Of a DNA stretch of 64,000 bases, positions 60,063-64,000 are shown piece after piece (within the stretch, counting starts at the first letter, position 1; each line of letters opens with the position of its first letter). The position numbers were made by a program, and so were the translations under genes. This DNA comes from Chiloscyllium plagiosum (taxonomy: Eukaryota), in NCBI RefSeq assembly GCF_004010195.1, contig NC_057713.1:77496360-77560359 (forward strand), in the 5' to 3' direction. Under the pieces are notes generated by a model. That model worked only from the letters and a program-made list of their open reading frames with translations, was not told the DNA's origin and made no database searches.

Positions 60063-62194
60063 AGATTTCTGGTTCCATTCCTTCGCAAACCTGCAATCTG
60101 ATGTTCCCCTTGTCTTTTTTACCTAAATCTTGCTTCTTGTTATAGGTCATCAAGCATGAGTCCATCTTTGCTTGACTGCTTCACTCCTTGATGTACATAT
60201 AGCAAGGAGTTAGTTGCTGTTCATATCGAGAGTCCATTGTCAGTGGTGCTAGATGATATGGAACTGGCAGATGGGGATAAAATCTATAAATGGAACCTAG
60301 TCGATAATGTCTTTGTAAATAATATTAATATTAATAAGCTTTCATAAGTGAGCACTCGTAACAAGTCCAGCCCTGCATGCTAAAATCATTCAGAATCCAG
60401 GTGTGTTGTTTATGCAGTCATTGGTATAATCTATGATTGATTGATTTGCCCCCTTTTCTCTGTGCATCATTCAAATTGAGCTGGTTCCACTGTAGTCCAT
60501 GTTTCAGATTATTTGCAAGTCATGTCCCAGGAGATCTACAAATAATACTAATGCATATGAAAAATATGACTAAGCTGAGACCAGCCAGAGAAGATTTTGT
60601 CAGGTCAATAGATTACTTTATTGTATTATTATTTTTAAATGGTCATTGTTTTGTTTAGATATACTTTAAATTGAAATCATAAGAAATGAATATTCTGACT
60701 CAGCAGGTGAATAAAGAAAGCCATGAATATTGGAAATCTAGTCTAAATCTGGAGAACTCTAGGAGTCTCAGAGAAGTAGGTAATTGCTTGAAGGAACAAG
60801 TTGCAACTTTTGAATGTGACTGAACAAAAATATTTCTCCATATCCCTCAAATTATTAAACTTTCTGTGTATTTTACAATACCAGTGAGAAGTCCCTATCA
60901 AGCCAATCCAGGTGTGATTCCTTTTGGGAAATTGCGATTGTAAAATATGTGGAGTGCAGCCGACTAACTGAGAACTTTGTCGACCAGAGTCTGTGATCTG
61001 ACCAGTGCTCATTGCAGACACTACCTCTCATAGTGAGTCACCAACTGCAGAGGCACTTTGAGCTGTGTTTTTGCATGTATTAAGTGAATGCCTGTTAGCG
61101 ACCTTCGCAGCCTATTATCATTTGAGCTATCTGTAAACTGACTGTAATAGACACTACTCAGTATCTTCTTTATGAAATCTGCTGGTAAATTTTCCACAGT
61201 GCTGCATTTTTATACCCACGTAGTCATCAATCATACTGAAAGCTGGATGATATTCTAGTCACTTCGCATTAAGTGAATTATTCTTTCAGAAAACTAACTT
61301 TGAGTTCACAGTGTGATAAAAGTAATGCAATTTTGCAACTCCTATTCAAATAAGTGGTGAATATATAATGCTAATTACTACCTCTGATTATGCTACAAAT
61401 GCTGCTTGCTGCATCTTTATTTATGAAATCTTACCAGATATCCCATTGAGGATTTTTAAGCATCCATAAATCGGCATATTTGTGCCTTGCTTACTTTATT
61501 TAATCAGTATCTGTATGCATCATAAGAATCTCAAATAGGCTAACTGCATTGTTTTGCTCCTGAACCTCATTATTCTGAGACTTTATTGCTTCCTATTTTT
61601 ACTTCGACACTAGCTTGGGTTGAAATCAGATTCTCATAAATGAGATCATTGTCTGTAGTCTATCTGTTCACATGGAATTTAAAAATGAGTCATAATGAAT
61701 CCATCTTCCTCTTTACCTCTCTGTAACTGCTTATCATATAAACAAGTAGTCCTTATTGCTTGCAGGAGACCTTTGCAAGACAAATTATCATGCATTTTTG
61801 AAAACTAATTCTGCCATGACTAACACATTAACATGGTTTTGAATGGGCACTTTACACTGTAACATTATAAAACTTGTTGTCCACAGATGGAATGCCTATT
61901 CCTACAGGATACTTCATTGTGAGCTGAAGCAAAATGTTATAAAAGGACTTACCTGATAAACAATTGACTGACAGTATCTGTGAGTCTCTAAAAATCAGTC
62001 ACAGAGAGTTTCAGTATCATTCAGTTTATTTTTTGCTCTTTAGGCTAAGGTTGCTATTATTCAGTAAGTGGACATACAATGGAAAACAACAGCTATTCAA
62101 CCGTGAAATCCAATTTTTTTTTACTTTTAAACCAGTCAATTAATCTAATTGCCTACTGATGTTTTCCAAATACCTCCATATATCCACTGGTATT

Positions 62195-62500
62195 AGATCA
62201 TCAGATATATAAGCAGAATTAGGCTATTTGGCCCATCAAGGTTGCTCTACCATTCGATCTTAGCTGGTATGTTTCTCAACCTCATTCTCCTGCCTTCTTC
62301 CTGTAACCCTTGATCCCCTTACTAATGAGACCCTATCTGTCTCTGTCTTAAATACACTCAATGACTTGGTCTCCACAGCTCTGTCCAGCAATCAATTTCA
62401 CAGAGTCATCACCCTCTGCTTGAAGAAATTCTTCCTCATCTCCGATCTAAAGGATGGTCACTCTGAGGCTGTGCTCTTGGGTCTGAATCTCTCCATGTCC
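62195..62500 (-). mobile_element. CR1 3' end
   Basis: gatatataagcagaattaggctatttggcccatc; reverse homologue of 6150-6420. Confidence 0.8.
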
Positions 62501-62606
62501 ACTATCACCATAACATACCTCCTTCACAATAAGGGGTTCAGTAATTGATCCAACCAGTTCCACTAAGGCTATTGTCAGTACTTATCACTCAATGAAGGGA
62601 AGCACA

Positions 62607-62910
62607 AGGGGAAATGATGGCCGAGTGGTATTGTCGCTAGATAATGTTCTGGGGAGCTAGTTTGAATTCTGCTGTGACAGAAGCTGGAATTTCAATTTTC
62701 TTAAAAATCTGAAATTAAGAATCCTACGATAATCATGAAATGTTTGTTGGAAAAACATATTTGGCTCACTAATGTTCTTTAAGGAAAGAAACTACCATCC
62801 TTACCTCATCTGGACTGCCTCAGACTCCAGAACTGCAGTAACATGGTTGACTTTTAACTGCCCACTGGGAAAGGCAATTACCTCCATCTGTGAATTTATA
62901 TAAAATAAAG
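62607..62910 (+). mobile_element. tRNA-SINE (family of 31836)
   Basis: ggggaaatgatggccgagtggta (A box), gtttgaattc (B box), ggctcactaatgttctttaaggaaagaaactacc. Confidence 0.7.
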
Positions 62911-63534
62911 CCTCTACTTATCCCCCAAAAAGAAGCATGCACCAGGCATCATAAAATAAAAAGAAAAAGAATTTTTTGCAGAGATTCACTTTTAAAAAGC
63001 AGGTTGTCCAACAAGTCTTAGATCTTGAAGGCATACTAATTGACACAATAAGGTTTGACAGGTTCAGATGGCTGTTGACCTGACACTTGTAAGCATAAAG
63101 GTGGGTTTTTGCTGAACATATGTAGCTGTCACTGGTGACAGTCGCATGCGCAGTTGTTCAAGAAATGTAAAGTCTTCTCATGTGAAAATAGCTAGTCGAA
63201 AGATCCACGTACTACAAAGGTCTAAGAGAAGCAGGAGACCTGAGTTGGGAAGCTCCTTTCTTTCAGCAGTCTTCTCACCACTGAAAAATCCAAACAATCC
63301 AAGCCTGCAGAATGTTATTCAAACAGAGATCCACTGTAAAATATTGTCATTAGTATATGTCAAAATTCATTACTCTTACAGGATAATCTGAAATTATAAA
63401 GGTACCTCCTGGCATTTCTGTTCTACTGAAAGCATTTCCTTACAGCAATAGAAATAAATTGGCCATTTTCAAAGTGGAAGGCAGTAGGAAAAGGGGTAAT
63501 ACAGGGATTGGTACTTGAGCCCCAGCCATTCACA

Positions 63535-63620
63535 ATAAGAGAATCCCTACATTGCGGAATGAGGCCATTCACCTATCGAATCTGCACCTACCTTCCAAAG
63601 AGCATCCCCAGCCCCCTCTG
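63535..63620 (-). mobile_element. HE1-like SINE 3' fragment
   Basis: gaatccctacattgcggaatgaggccattc...ccttccaaagagcatccc matches the HE1-type tail at 352-430. Confidence 0.55.
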
Positions 63621-64000
63621 CTATGTTGTTTCCTTTTCTAACCCATGAGGCAAATTATCTGTAATATTCCTCTGGCTTTACATCAAACTCTTATCAGTCT
63701 TTATGTTTTTGTGTCCCATCTCTCTCTCTCTTGCCTTCTCTGAGCTACTTTGTCCATGAGACGATTATTTTCAGAAATGTTGGTTAGCTCACAAGTATCA
63801 TACTTCCAAAGAAAATTACCTTTCTTTTTCACTTTTGCTTTATCTCCTTTTCATTCAAGCCTCACACACATTACAAAGGAGCGGAAATTCATTTGAGGCT
63901 GGTGTCCCACCAGATTTGTGCAGGAGACGAGTAGAAATCACCGCTCTGCATCCCTCTCCTACAGTGAATTCTGGATCCAGATGCACCTATTTTGAGATCC

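Overview
Vertebrate non-coding DNA, AT-rich and CpG-poor, almost certainly from an elasmobranch. The shark/ray HE1-type SINE and HER1/CR1 LINE pair, Deu-domain SINEs and shark-type Penelope termini are all present, and it resembles a bamboo/carpet shark. No intact host gene is recognisable; nearly every recognisable ORF is a decayed transposon frame. Contents: a near full-length CR1 (about 100-6425) with four nested inserts; many CR1/L2 fragments; four large Penelope-like elements (PLEs) with RT and/or GIY-YIG remnants; a decayed Gypsy (54.8-58.8 kb); candidate solo LTRs; Tigger-like MITEs; and several SINE families. The most notable signal is a set of short (about 90-220 bp) PLE-terminus inserts. 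They carry minimal hammerhead-ribozyme motifs, the young copies have 10-17 bp target-site duplications (TSDs), some are hairpin-forming inverted pairs, and most stop at the ribozyme core boundary. A few splice-site-bounded micro-exon candidates and transcription-factor motif clusters lie in unique DNA. Boundaries of old repeats are approximate, and family names come from recognition by eye, not database searches.
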